Shown piece after piece: positions 16,842 through 25,818 of a stretch of 64,000 nucleotides of DNA. Position 1 is the stretch's first letter; every line of letters starts with the position of its first letter. A model generated the notes under the pieces. The model was not told the origin of the DNA. It did not search any database and worked only from the letters and a program-made list of their open reading frames with translations. Both the position numbers and the translations under genes were made by a program. The DNA is from a virus (Duplodnaviria; Caudoviricetes), in the IMG/VR virus record IMGVR_UViG_3300037484_000435, positions 128,001 through 192,000 of that record. One strand, written 5' to 3'.

Positions 16842-17846
16842 TTACCTCGCTTGGTTTTTTATTCTCCTGTTATTCCTACAAGTTTGATTTATCCTATATC
16901 CAATAGTTTGTCCTATATTAAAGTATTCTGCTACCTTCTTGACACTACCTAAACGTTCGTACGCCTCATTGAACTTCTCACAAGTTATGTTTTCTAAACG
17001 ATACTGCTCTTTATTATCAAAATGCATGTTAGTTAGTTCATTAGCAATTTCCTTCTTTCTATCTAACCAAATAGTAGCATTATTATAAAGGTACATGGCA
17101 ATATATTGAGAAACCAAGTTTGAACAGTAAGTCACTCTCCACCAATTCCCCATATCGTGTGCTTTACACGTGGAACCAGTTAAATTACTCATTAAATCTC
17201 GGAAAGGCACCACAACATCTTTGCAACCCGTCATTACAATGTCCCACCGCACCGCTCCTCTGGGGTAGAATTTTCGGATAGAGCCATCTCCGTCAAAATA
17301 ACCCCTCCAAAAATGATTGTTCTCTATAAACTCAGGTCTGAGGGTAACACCAAATTTTGTTTTATTGGGAACAACCCCACAGTCAGACAAATCAGCATAT
17401 ATCTGTTGGTTATAAATCTCAACAGTTGACATCTTAGATTGATATCCTGATTTAGTTGTCTCTGTAGTGTCCTTAATAAGATGGTCACTTTTTAAGGACA
17501 ACAAGAACTTCTCCAGATGTCCCCTATCAATAGTACTTATTTTAATTTTTAAAGCTCCACCCCTTTCATAAACACAACCATCCGCTATAATAAACCCCAA
17601 CCAATAAAATTGCTCTTCTCGGGTGAGGGGGAGTTGAAAGAAATTCTCATTACATCGATATTTACTATGATGAGACTTTATGGGTACCTTATTTTTCTTT
17701 AATACATTAGAAATGTGATAAGGTTGCACATTATATATTTTAGATATGGTCGTAACAGATTGATTCTCTTCAACGTACAACCTTATTATCTCATTTGTAT
17801 AAGGCACAACCCCAAGACTCCTTAGTTCCAAGTTTATATTACTCAA
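16842..17846 (-). CDS. free-standing LAGLIDADG homing endonuclease
   Basis: FYWLGFIIADG, HFWRGYFDGDG. Confidence 0.9.
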   Translation of the reverse strand: MSNINLELRSLGVVPYTNEIIRLYVEENQSVTTISKIYNVQPYHISNVLKKNKVPIKSHHSKYRCNENFFQLPLTREEQFYWLGFIIADGCVYERGGALKIKISTIDRGHLEKFLLSLKSDHLIKDTTETTKSGYQSKMSTVEIYNQQIYADLSDCGVVPNKTKFGVTLRPEFIENNHFWRGYFDGDGSIRKFYPRGAVRWDIVMTGCKDVVVPFRDLMSNLTGSTCKAHDMGNWWRVTYCSNLVSQYIAMYLYNNATIWLDRKKEIANELTNMHFDNKEQYRLENITCEKFNEAYERLGSVKKVAEYFNIGQTIGYRINQTCRNNRRIKNQAR

Positions 17847-18429
17847 AGTTCAATATCCGAGCTGCCGCACACATATCACTAATATGAAGAAATAACTGCA
17901 TTTGTGTAAATGTTATTGGTTTAAAACCTGGGTTCGTACTATTCCAGCGTCCGGGGTGGTACAAGATTAAACCGTACAGTGTCTCTACCTCGTATTCTGT
18001 CAATCCAAGCTCTAATCCCCTTTCCCTAACACGTCTCGCTGCTATTTCATCGTGATTCTTAACTGTGTGTTTTAGTTCGTTGTTTTCCCCGTATTTAAAG
18101 ATGTCGTGAAGTGAAGCCGACAATAGTAATATATCGTAGTGCTGTTGTTCCTTTGAATCTCCGAATATTCTTGCCAATTTATCTACGAACATCATCAAAT
18201 CTAAGGTGTGGGATTCTAGTGAGTCAACCATACCTGCGGTATCTTGATGATACTTCCCACTACTACTTGATGGTTTATGAAATGGCAACGGTATATCAGC
18301 CGTGAACTGTTGCCAAAAGGCATAATACCTATCAGAAAGGTTTGCCTTTAAAAAGTTATCTATCTTCTCACTGTACCCCAGTGATGCTATTTCTTTGTTG
18401 TCTGTTTTTGCTGTTGCTTTTCTAGCCAT
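17839..18429 (-). CDS. HD-domain phosphohydrolase
   Basis: PSSSSGKYH..HT, LHDIFKYG, HPGRW, LHISD. Confidence 0.8.
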   Translation of the reverse strand: MARKATAKTDNKEIASLGYSEKIDNFLKANLSDRYYAFWQQFTADIPLPFHKPSSSSGKYHQDTAGMVDSLESHTLDLMMFVDKLARIFGDSKEQQHYDILLLSASLHDIFKYGENNELKHTVKNHDEIAARRVRERGLELGLTEYEVETLYGLILYHPGRWNSTNPGFKPITFTQMQLFLHISDMCAAARILNFE

Positions 18430-18659
18430 TCTTCCTCCGTTTTTTCTCTAGCGATTTGACCCGCCTTTATAATCATTGCTTCACATTCTGAAAAATTTAA
18501 TTGATGCCCACTTCTAAGCAACTCTGTACTCAATTCATATTGTTTCTGGCATTCATTCCAGTAATGTTTCTCGAATATCCAACCTTTCTTTTCCTCTTCT
18601 TTCATCTTTTCTATAAACTCTTGGAAAAGTTCTTTGGTTAGATAACCCTCTTTAGCCAT
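18387..18659 (-). CDS. hypothetical protein
   Basis: ORF track. Confidence 0.55.
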   Translation of the reverse strand: MAKEGYLTKELFQEFIEKMKEEEKKGWIFEKHYWNECQKQYELSTELLRSGHQLNFSECEAMIIKAGQIAREKTEEEWLEKQQQKQTTKK

Positions 18660-18933
18660 GCTTCCTCCCCATAATATTTTCTATTGTTAACATGTCTTTC
18701 CAATTCAATAAATCTTTAACATCATAGTTACTGGGGTCTATGGCCCAATGTTCTTTATTGCAGGCTGTTAATATTTCCCGTCCTTCGGCACTTCTCCTAA
18801 AGGATTGTATACGCAAAACTCGGTCTGTAATATCACCTTGGGAACAATCACGGTAAAGAAGATAGATTTCTCCTAATTGAGTCCCCACCCACACTCCTCC
18901 TAGCGTAAGAATTATCCCCAATAGTAATTCCAT
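18652..18933 (-). CDS. small membrane-anchored hypothetical protein
   Basis: N-terminal hydrophobic helix LLLGIILTLGGVWVG. Confidence 0.55.
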   Translation of the reverse strand: MELLLGIILTLGGVWVGTQLGEIYLLYRDCSQGDITDRVLRIQSFRRSAEGREILTACNKEHWAIDPSNYDVKDLLNWKDMLTIENIMGRKHG

Positions 18934-18936
18934 AGC

Positions 18937-19179
18937 TTACTCCTTAGAGACAAGTCTCTCCGCATCATATAAAAAGTCATTTGCCAAATGAAGCAGATTA
19001 TCTGTTTTTAACTCTGCGTCAGCAACACTATCAGACGACTCCCAGTCATACAGGCCGTCTCGACAACCTTTAAATCTTAACTCGGAATCCTTTATTATGG
19101 GCATTACTAAACCCTTTATCAAATCATAAAATAGCCCGTATTCTGATTGTATTTTTTCTAAGAGTATTTTTTCATCCAT
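18937..19179 (-). CDS. hypothetical protein
   Basis: ORF track. Confidence 0.55.
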   Translation of the reverse strand: MDEKILLEKIQSEYGLFYDLIKGLVMPIIKDSELRFKGCRDGLYDWESSDSVADAELKTDNLLHLANDFLYDAERLVSKE

Positions 19180-19750
19180 TTATAATGTCTCCTTTCAAAC
19201 TAACAGCGTCCAACCAACTGCCCCACCTATCTGGCAACCATACGTTACCGAATTCCTCGGGGCGTATAATAGCCAATCCAAATGGAATTTCCTGGTCATT
19301 TATCGTTTCGTTATCATAGTGAGGTTCCACCCTACCCGAAGATATACAAGTGTCCCCAGTAATTTCCAACAAATAAATCTCATTGTTGATATGGTTTGGA
19401 AACCAATACACATCATCTTTAGGGAATTTCAAGTTCCTCGCAATTAGTATTGCTGAGTTTTTCTGGATAGCGTAAGCAGGCCCAGACAAAGTAACACAAC
19501 CCAAGTTGTTATTGACAAACTCTAAGACATCATCCCAATCGTAGTATCTATGTTTATTTCCACCAGTAGTGTTGCATCTGCCCTCTACGTTAATGTCATA
19601 ACATTCGTAGATACCCCCTTCTACTTGTCCATATTGCTCTCCCTCTGGTTGGTCGCTTACCTTATAGTCTATTGTTATTTTTTGTTTTGTTTTAAACACT
19701 GGCTCTCCATTTTTCTGATATAAAATTGCTCTCAGTAAAATTTGCCGCAA
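19172..19750 (-). CDS. hypothetical protein
   Basis: ORF track. Confidence 0.6.
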   Translation of the reverse strand: MRQILLRAILYQKNGEPVFKTKQKITIDYKVSDQPEGEQYGQVEGGIYECYDINVEGRCNTTGGNKHRYYDWDDVLEFVNNNLGCVTLSGPAYAIQKNSAILIARNLKFPKDDVYWFPNHINNEIYLLEITGDTCISSGRVEPHYDNETINDQEIPFGLAIIRPEEFGNVWLPDRWGSWLDAVSLKGDIING

Positions 19751-20792
19751 CTGTATAGCCTGTCAACCATTTAATTACTCTGACATCTGCGGTTGTGATA
19801 GGTTCATCAATCACTATAAGTTTTCCATTTATTTTTGTGCAATCTGAGTGTGGGTGAGGACACGTGTCATGCAACAAGCACTTATGCTTATGTCTGTACT
19901 CTAATTTATATTCAAAGGGTATATCTATACTAAGTTTTTCTTTTTGATTATTAAAGATTTTAAACTTACTGCATTTTTGATTCATCACGCAGTAATGGCA
20001 TTCCATTTCATTAGGCCGATAATAATGTGCATTGTAATCTCTTGGCAGTCCATGAACGTGACTAATGAGACACGAGGTCTTCCTAAATATAGGCACAGAA
20101 TATTTATCGGAGGCTCCTACAATCAAATCATGACACTCTTCTGATATAGGTTTCTTTATACTAAAATGATATCCTGGAAAGGGCTCAAAGGGAATACTGT
20201 TATTCCTCCAAAACTCTTGTGTTATGTTATCGCCCTGTAAACCAGAATACCCGACAGGAAGATTGTAGGCTGAACAAAGTTTAAATACCGCATCTATGGT
20301 TTCTTTATTATCGTTTACGCCATAAATAATGGGGCGAAATTCACAAGAAAATTTGACATTCTTAGTTTTAGCAATCATGTCTACGTTATGTTTGAACGTA
20401 TACCAAGACACTGTATCGGTTTTATGTTCACACCCAATAGTGCTGAGAGCAATATGTAAATCTAAATCGCCCACCTGAGCATCTATATCAGAAAAAATCC
20501 CTCGTGCATCCCCCTTCGTGATAATAATGATGGGCCCTCTATGTTGGACCTTATTTAATCTTTTCAGAAACCCGTAAGTATTCTTACGTTGAAAAACCGG
20601 ATCACCATAGAAACAATTTATTACTATTGGAATCTGGGTTAATATGGGACTAATCTCTGTAGGTAAAGTGTGGTAGTGAAACTCTCCATGGTTTTGATGC
20701 CTACAATACCCACAGTTGAAACAGTGTTTCAGAGTATCACCCACCATACAAAAACTTTTTGATATGTATAATTCTTTAATAGCAGTCATCAC
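19692..20792 (-). CDS. radical SAM-like protein with atypical Cys motif
   Basis: HCFNCGYC, YGDP, IITKG, FRPIIYGVND, FRKTSC, extra C-terminal Cys clusters. Confidence 0.6.
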   Translation of the reverse strand: MMTAIKELYISKSFCMVGDTLKHCFNCGYCRHQNHGEFHYHTLPTEISPILTQIPIVINCFYGDPVFQRKNTYGFLKRLNKVQHRGPIIIITKGDARGIFSDIDAQVGDLDLHIALSTIGCEHKTDTVSWYTFKHNVDMIAKTKNVKFSCEFRPIIYGVNDNKETIDAVFKLCSAYNLPVGYSGLQGDNITQEFWRNNSIPFEPFPGYHFSIKKPISEECHDLIVGASDKYSVPIFRKTSCLISHVHGLPRDYNAHYYRPNEMECHYCVMNQKCSKFKIFNNQKEKLSIDIPFEYKLEYRHKHKCLLHDTCPHPHSDCTKINGKLIVIDEPITTADVRVIKWLTGYTVAANFTESNFISEKWRASV

Positions 20793-21309
20793 ATTTCACT
20801 GGAGTATTCTTGATTTCTTCCATAAGAATATCAAAGTTTGTGCCTGCTGAGAATTCAAATTCTTTTTCTCCTGCAACATCAAACCACGTCCCTATAATCC
20901 TCCTACCAGTATTACTTATTGTAAGTTCTCCAGAACGAATTATAGACTCAAACGTAGTAATGGCTTTACCATCTTTCAGTAAAATCGCAATCTTCTCTTC
21001 CATTAGTTTTTCATGACCTTGGCTGCTGCGACGTAGCGATTCTTCTAAATCTGCCACCCTCTTTTTTAGACACGCCATGGGAGCGATACGCCGAGCTTCC
21101 TCCTCTGAGTCTGCCTCAACTTCTATGTTAAGGTTACCGCTAGCGGTGACCCGTAATACCCCTCCCTTCAAGAAATCCTTCAGAGGTGCAGTGATGGGAA
21201 ATGCAAACACAGTATTTTTATCCTTAGTTTCCCCATCTCTCAATGCTTCATCTATCTCTTCAACGGAATACACGTTGTAACTTGTATCCATTGTTACCCA
21301 GTATTTCAT
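20776..21309 (-). CDS. hypothetical protein
   Basis: ORF track, GGAGG-type SD. Confidence 0.6.
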   Translation of the reverse strand: MKYWVTMDTSYNVYSVEEIDEALRDGETKDKNTVFAFPITAPLKDFLKGGVLRVTASGNLNIEVEADSEEEARRIAPMACLKKRVADLEESLRRSSQGHEKLMEEKIAILLKDGKAITTFESIIRSGELTISNTGRRIIGTWFDVAGEKEFEFSAGTNFDILMEEIKNTPVKCDDCY

Positions 21310-21311
21310 AA

Positions 21312-21722
21312 TTACCCCTCCTTATTCTCGTTGTATTTGTATAATCCACCAAGACAGTCCGACCAAGCCCTCTCTCTTAGTTGGGTCATCCCCGCTCTTC
21401 CGTGTTCTGACCGAGCGATACGATCCCAATCATGTAAACTAATTGTAATGATGTCCCCAATAGAGAGTAAACACCACCCGTCTTCGAGACCATAAATAGG
21501 TCCGTGCAACACATGCTTAATCACACATTTTATCCCGCGAACATCATAGATAAGGGGCGCACCTGCCTTCATTTCTGCTCCCGTGTATTGGGTTCGGTCC
21601 AAGATTAGTATATCCCCCTCTCGAAAATAACGGTCGTTAAACCGTAACTCGTAAGTCTTTTGCCGAGAATCTACCAAGTCCCACACATATGGGTCCGTCT
21701 TTAATATATGCGTCCTTACCAT
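21312..21722 (-). CDS. ASCH/DUF3850 (PUA-like) domain protein
   Basis: THILKT..W..V..RQKTYELRFNDRYFREGDILIL. Confidence 0.8.
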   Translation of the reverse strand: MVRTHILKTDPYVWDLVDSRQKTYELRFNDRYFREGDILILDRTQYTGAEMKAGAPLIYDVRGIKCVIKHVLHGPIYGLEDGWCLLSIGDIITISLHDWDRIARSEHGRAGMTQLRERAWSDCLGGLYKYNENKEG

Positions 21723-22273
21723 TATTTAATTACCTCTCCTTCAAATTTCTGCACCACAGTTCCTTCGTACTTGTAAGCATAGGGAGTCAAACCTGCCTTT
21801 TCACATGTACTCCGTAAAAAGGTAGTGGCGTCCCAGTTATATTCCGCTGCTACTTGTGGCAACAATAACCCGCGGTAATGCCCGCGTTCAACAATTAATC
21901 CGTGTTTACCTATAATAATTTCAGCCAAGTCGGAGACTGGTGTGGGAGGATGAAGAATAGTAACTTCATACTCTAGGTCTTCTAACTCCTCCGCTGTAAT
22001 AGGTTTAAATCTGGGGTCGTGAAAAGCGGCTTGTTCCGCCATGTGTTGAACATTATTTACTATATAATCATCAGATAATATAGTGCCTATACAACCACGT
22101 AATTGGCCGTGCTTGGTAATAGTTACAAAAACCCCTGCCTTCTTGTCTGTGTATGTCCCCGCCAAATTTAGCTGGACCATCTCTAGAGCAGTATAAGTAC
22201 GAGTTCCTTTACCTAATTTATTTTCAACCCAATTCTTTGCTAATTCAACTAAGAAGTGTTTTTTCTTTCCCAT
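21722..22273 (-). CDS. AMMECR1-domain protein (AmmeMemoRadiSam protein A-like)
   Basis: GVFVTITKHGQLRGCIG, AAFHDPRF, IGKHGLI, GLLLPQVA, KAGL. Confidence 0.9.
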   Translation of the reverse strand: MGKKKHFLVELAKNWVENKLGKGTRTYTALEMVQLNLAGTYTDKKAGVFVTITKHGQLRGCIGTILSDDYIVNNVQHMAEQAAFHDPRFKPITAEELEDLEYEVTILHPPTPVSDLAEIIIGKHGLIVERGHYRGLLLPQVAAEYNWDATTFLRSTCEKAGLTPYAYKYEGTVVQKFEGEVIK

Positions 22274-22463
22274 CTTTTTCCTTTTCCTGTGCCCGTTGGG
22301 TGCGTAAATAATGGGTTTTATATTTAGCTCTTTTATTTCCCCACTCTTTTAATACGCACTCCAACTCTTTTCCCAAATTGGTGCCTCGGCACCCCCCATA
22401 CCGCTGGGCGAGTTTATTTACTTTTGCTTCTATCCACTCATTTATATCAACTACATCGCCCAT
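22245..22463 (-). CDS. hypothetical protein
   Basis: ORF track. Confidence 0.5.
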   Translation of the reverse strand: MGDVVDINEWIEAKVNKLAQRYGGCRGTNLGKELECVLKEWGNKRAKYKTHYLRTQRAQEKEKDGKEKTLLS

Positions 22464-22472
22464 GATATTCTA

Positions 22473-24482
22473 TTATCCTACCATAACTGTTAACTCGGGC
22501 TCCTTAGAGAGTTTCATAGCTAAAATGTCTTCCGAACTAAATTCACAAGCATTGCCCGAGCATGCTAATGTTTGTCCGCCTGTCGTGTTATCTCGGTTAT
22601 TCTCATAATAAGCTAATCGAGAAAAATCAATTTCAGGTAATTCCGCTACCATAGCTTCGTACCGTTCTTTCGTTATCTCTTCATAAGGAGCTAACTCGTA
22701 GCGAGAGTTATCGTATGGAAAAAATGAGACCCCGTTAATACAATCAAAGTTATCATACACAAACTTTGTTACATCCAACCACTCATTTTCTTTTACATAA
22801 ATAGTACAACTGACATTATGCTCTGCCCAGTTCTCTACCAGTAGCTTATACCACTCTAGCTGTTTTAAAGCTTCGTCATCGCGTGTTGTTTTACATCCCT
22901 CAGGGGACTTCATTGGAAATTCTAAAATGTAAGTATCATTATTTTCTGGGGCTTTCATAGCCTTAAACCCTTGGTCTAACAACATTCGTAATAGAGGGTC
23001 GTGACCACTTATTCTGACACGACGAATAAAATACTCTGCCCAACGAGAATGCATACCTGAAGAACAATCGACCATCTGGGATACTGTGCCACTAGGTTTA
23101 ATGGTGGTTACCGCTGCAGGTACAGCTATTTCCATAATCTCCGCAGCCTGTTTAGCAACTCGCACCGCGTGACGTTTCCACATACGTAGTACTTCAGGCG
23201 TTGCCAATTTCAAATTATCAGCTAGCCCTGTTAGAGAAACACCTAGTAGTCTTTCTTCTTCTGCATTCGTTTTCCACTGTGGACGTAAGTGGGGAAACTC
23301 AGTAAAACAGGACTGTATAATACCCAACCATACAGCCGTTGTAATTTTATCCCGCACACTGTCTTCGTCATCAGTAGGTCGGATTACTACCTCTGTGAGA
23401 TTACATAGTCCCATGTTCCGTAGAACTATTTCAGCACAAGGGTTTGCACCCGCCAGCAAGGATTTCAATCTTCGTTTGGGAGCCATCTTCTTGGCAGCAA
23501 AGAGATTGAATAACCCTCTTTCCCCGCTACCAGATTTAGCCATATCAATAAATTCCTGAGCAAAGGTCAAAACGTCAGGCTTCTTACTATACACCGCACT
23601 AATATTAGCCATATAGCGTCGAGGATGAAACTCTCCGTGTTTAGAACGTTTCATCAAGTCATCGCTGACGTCACTGAGAGCAATCTGAGACGACCTTCTT
23701 ACTCCTCCAACGACTATTGCGTTCGCAATCTCATTCATGACATCAGAAGCTTCTAAGGTCGTTAACTTGCGCTCCTGTGCTTTGAGTACTGTATCCCTCA
23801 TATACTCTAAACATCTACGAAGGGGCTCAGGTCCCGACGCGTAACCACCAGATATTTTTAGAGGGGTACCCGCCGGTCTCACATCAGTGTAATCAAAGTC
23901 AACATCTCTTCCGTTGAACCATGCCTTTACCCCGAAGTCGACTGATTTCTTCCAACCTTCTCGACTATCAGGTATCTTGAAATATAAGCGTGGTTGATTC
24001 TTTTGCTTTTGTATAGTTGGTAATTCGTTTACATACTGTGCTTCAACTGAATACCCAACACCACAACCACATGCCAAGAGATAGAGGGATTCTCCGAAAG
24101 CCTCTATACTATCGACAGCTAAAAAACTACAATTATAAAATACAGCGTTGTCTCTCTGAGCATTAATACCCGCACTCCACAACGCTCTCATAGAGGGCAT
24201 GACATTTAATGTCTTAATATAATGCTCCGCTTTTCGTCTTACCTTCAATGGGATTTTTTCAGCACGTATCACGTTAGTAAATACAAAATCCAGATATCTG
24301 TTAACCGTTTCTTCCCAAGTTTCTCTGCGACCCGCATCTGGCAACCAACGTGCATAAGTCCGATAAAAAATAAATTCCTGATAGGGTGTCCACATACTCA
24401 TAAATCCTCCATAATTACTTCTCTGTGCTCTTTCTTTTTTTATACTCTCGCTTCTGTCTCCATTCCGCTCTATACTTGCCAC
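22473..24482 (-). CDS. nrdJ: class II (B12-dependent) ribonucleoside-triphosphate reductase; likely start ATG 24401
   Basis: RTYARW..RRETWEETVNRY, VGGVRRSSQI, GANPCAEI, CNLTE, TTIKPSGTVS, C-terminal CSGNACE. Confidence 0.93.
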   Translation of the reverse strand: MASIERNGDRSESIKKERAQRSNYGGFMSMWTPYQEFIFYRTYARWLPDAGRRETWEETVNRYLDFVFTNVIRAEKIPLKVRRKAEHYIKTLNVMPSMRALWSAGINAQRDNAVFYNCSFLAVDSIEAFGESLYLLACGCGVGYSVEAQYVNELPTIQKQKNQPRLYFKIPDSREGWKKSVDFGVKAWFNGRDVDFDYTDVRPAGTPLKISGGYASGPEPLRRCLEYMRDTVLKAQERKLTTLEASDVMNEIANAIVVGGVRRSSQIALSDVSDDLMKRSKHGEFHPRRYMANISAVYSKKPDVLTFAQEFIDMAKSGSGERGLFNLFAAKKMAPKRRLKSLLAGANPCAEIVLRNMGLCNLTEVVIRPTDDEDSVRDKITTAVWLGIIQSCFTEFPHLRPQWKTNAEEERLLGVSLTGLADNLKLATPEVLRMWKRHAVRVAKQAAEIMEIAVPAAVTTIKPSGTVSQMVDCSSGMHSRWAEYFIRRVRISGHDPLLRMLLDQGFKAMKAPENNDTYILEFPMKSPEGCKTTRDDEALKQLEWYKLLVENWAEHNVSCTIYVKENEWLDVTKFVYDNFDCINGVSFFPYDNSRYELAPYEEITKERYEAMVAELPEIDFSRLAYYENNRDNTTGGQTLACSGNACEFSSEDILAMKLSKEPELTVMVG

Positions 24483-24813
24483 CGAATACTTCCCTAAAGA
24501 TGTAATTCAATTGTTCGAGGATTTCCGTATGTTTACATGATTTACATGCTTGGTCCTCACTTAACCCGTACTTACCAAATTTTTTGGCTAAGCATGTCCC
24601 TTGCCCTACAAAGCAACCTGTTATACATCGACCAGATATCTCTCTCGGCATCCTTTGGGCCAACAAAGCAATATGATCGTCACTAATACACTCTATAACT
24701 GCGTTTGCTTCGAGTGCAGTTAGAGGGTTTTCTTCTTCCAAAATGCAAAGTACCTTTTTTGTACCTTCCATTTTTAAACGTTGTATTGATTTTTTCCTAG
24801 TTTCTTTTTCCAT
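24415..24813 (-). CDS. hypothetical protein
   Basis: ORF track. Confidence 0.55.
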   Translation of the reverse strand: MEKETRKKSIQRLKMEGTKKVLCILEEENPLTALEANAVIECISDDHIALLAQRMPREISGRCITGCFVGQGTCLAKKFGKYGLSEDQACKSCKHTEILEQLNYIFREVFGGKYRAEWRQKREYKKRKSTEK

Positions 24814-24817
24814 ATTT

Positions 24818-25762
24818 TTAAAGACCTTTGTCTTGTTTATACTTTAAATATTTGTTATATTTTCTTGGAAGGTAGATGGTTGCATCTTGATACATTAACT
24901 CCAAGAAAGCCTTGGCTGTCTTTCCTCCGTAAGAGATTTCTCGATATATATCTTTGGGATGAACATAAATTCTCACCCTATTGGGATAAACCGCACCAAA
25001 AAGATTCCTAATTGACTCTAAAATACTTATATTTCCAGACAAATGTGCAACCAAGTCTCCTCGTTTAGTAACATAGACACACCCATCTCCATCAAAAAGC
25101 CCCCGTATCCAATGCCAATAAAACTTTTTCGGGATATTATAAGGGAAAGTTAATGTGTGTGCTTTTTTCTGGTGAAGTCCCCATATCTGTAATTCCTCAA
25201 TTAATTTTTTATTCCAAATGTCTAGGTAGCATTGAATCTGTGTATTATTGTCCTTTCGTTTATATTTATTTATCACTGAATCTGGAGAAATAAAATCTCG
25301 CAACATACATAGAAATTCATAATCTTGTTCAGCCAAGACAATCGATAATTTATAAAGACCCTTATCAGGATTGTTTAAGAGATAACCATCTGCCGATACA
25401 AATCCTAGAAAGTATGCTTTCTCTTGTGTATCTATAATAGAAAAATTTATTACAGGAAGAGCATATTGAACTTTTCTACGAAGTCCCATCTTTAAAGCCT
25501 GAAACTCAATGGCACTATAAGACCTTTGTGGAAAAATGGTGCACAGCTCTTCCCTTGTATTAACTATAGGATAGAATTTCTGTAACTTTAGTTTATCTTC
25601 AGCAGTCCAATAATGGGAAAGCTTCTTAATCTTCCACCGTGTTGCCTTAATATTTACCGCTGCCCTTGTTCTTCCTAACCTACGTGCAACTTCTTCTGTC
25701 GGAAACTTGTCGTAGTTATCTCGTAAAAAATCTTTCTCCTCCTGAGTCCAAACTCTGACCAT
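24818..25762 (-). CDS. free-standing LAGLIDADG homing endonuclease with N-terminal Myb-like repeats
   Basis: KAYFLGFVSADG, WIRGLFDGDG; WTQEEKDFLRDNY and WTAEDKLKLQKFY repeats. Confidence 0.9.
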   Translation of the reverse strand: MVRVWTQEEKDFLRDNYDKFPTEEVARRLGRTRAAVNIKATRWKIKKLSHYWTAEDKLKLQKFYPIVNTREELCTIFPQRSYSAIEFQALKMGLRRKVQYALPVINFSIIDTQEKAYFLGFVSADGYLLNNPDKGLYKLSIVLAEQDYEFLCMLRDFISPDSVINKYKRKDNNTQIQCYLDIWNKKLIEELQIWGLHQKKAHTLTFPYNIPKKFYWHWIRGLFDGDGCVYVTKRGDLVAHLSGNISILESIRNLFGAVYPNRVRIYVHPKDIYREISYGGKTAKAFLELMYQDATIYLPRKYNKYLKYKQDKGL

Positions 25763-25818
25763 ATTTATCTCCCCACCAATTCTACTTTTTTTATCTCAAT
25801 AATATCAAATACTTAGGG

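Noticed and set aside
17839-18429. HD protein as DatZ of a 2-aminoadenine (Z-DNA) system
   Set aside because: No purZ or mazZ in the window, and the SSSGKYH motif fits a common generic phage HD family.
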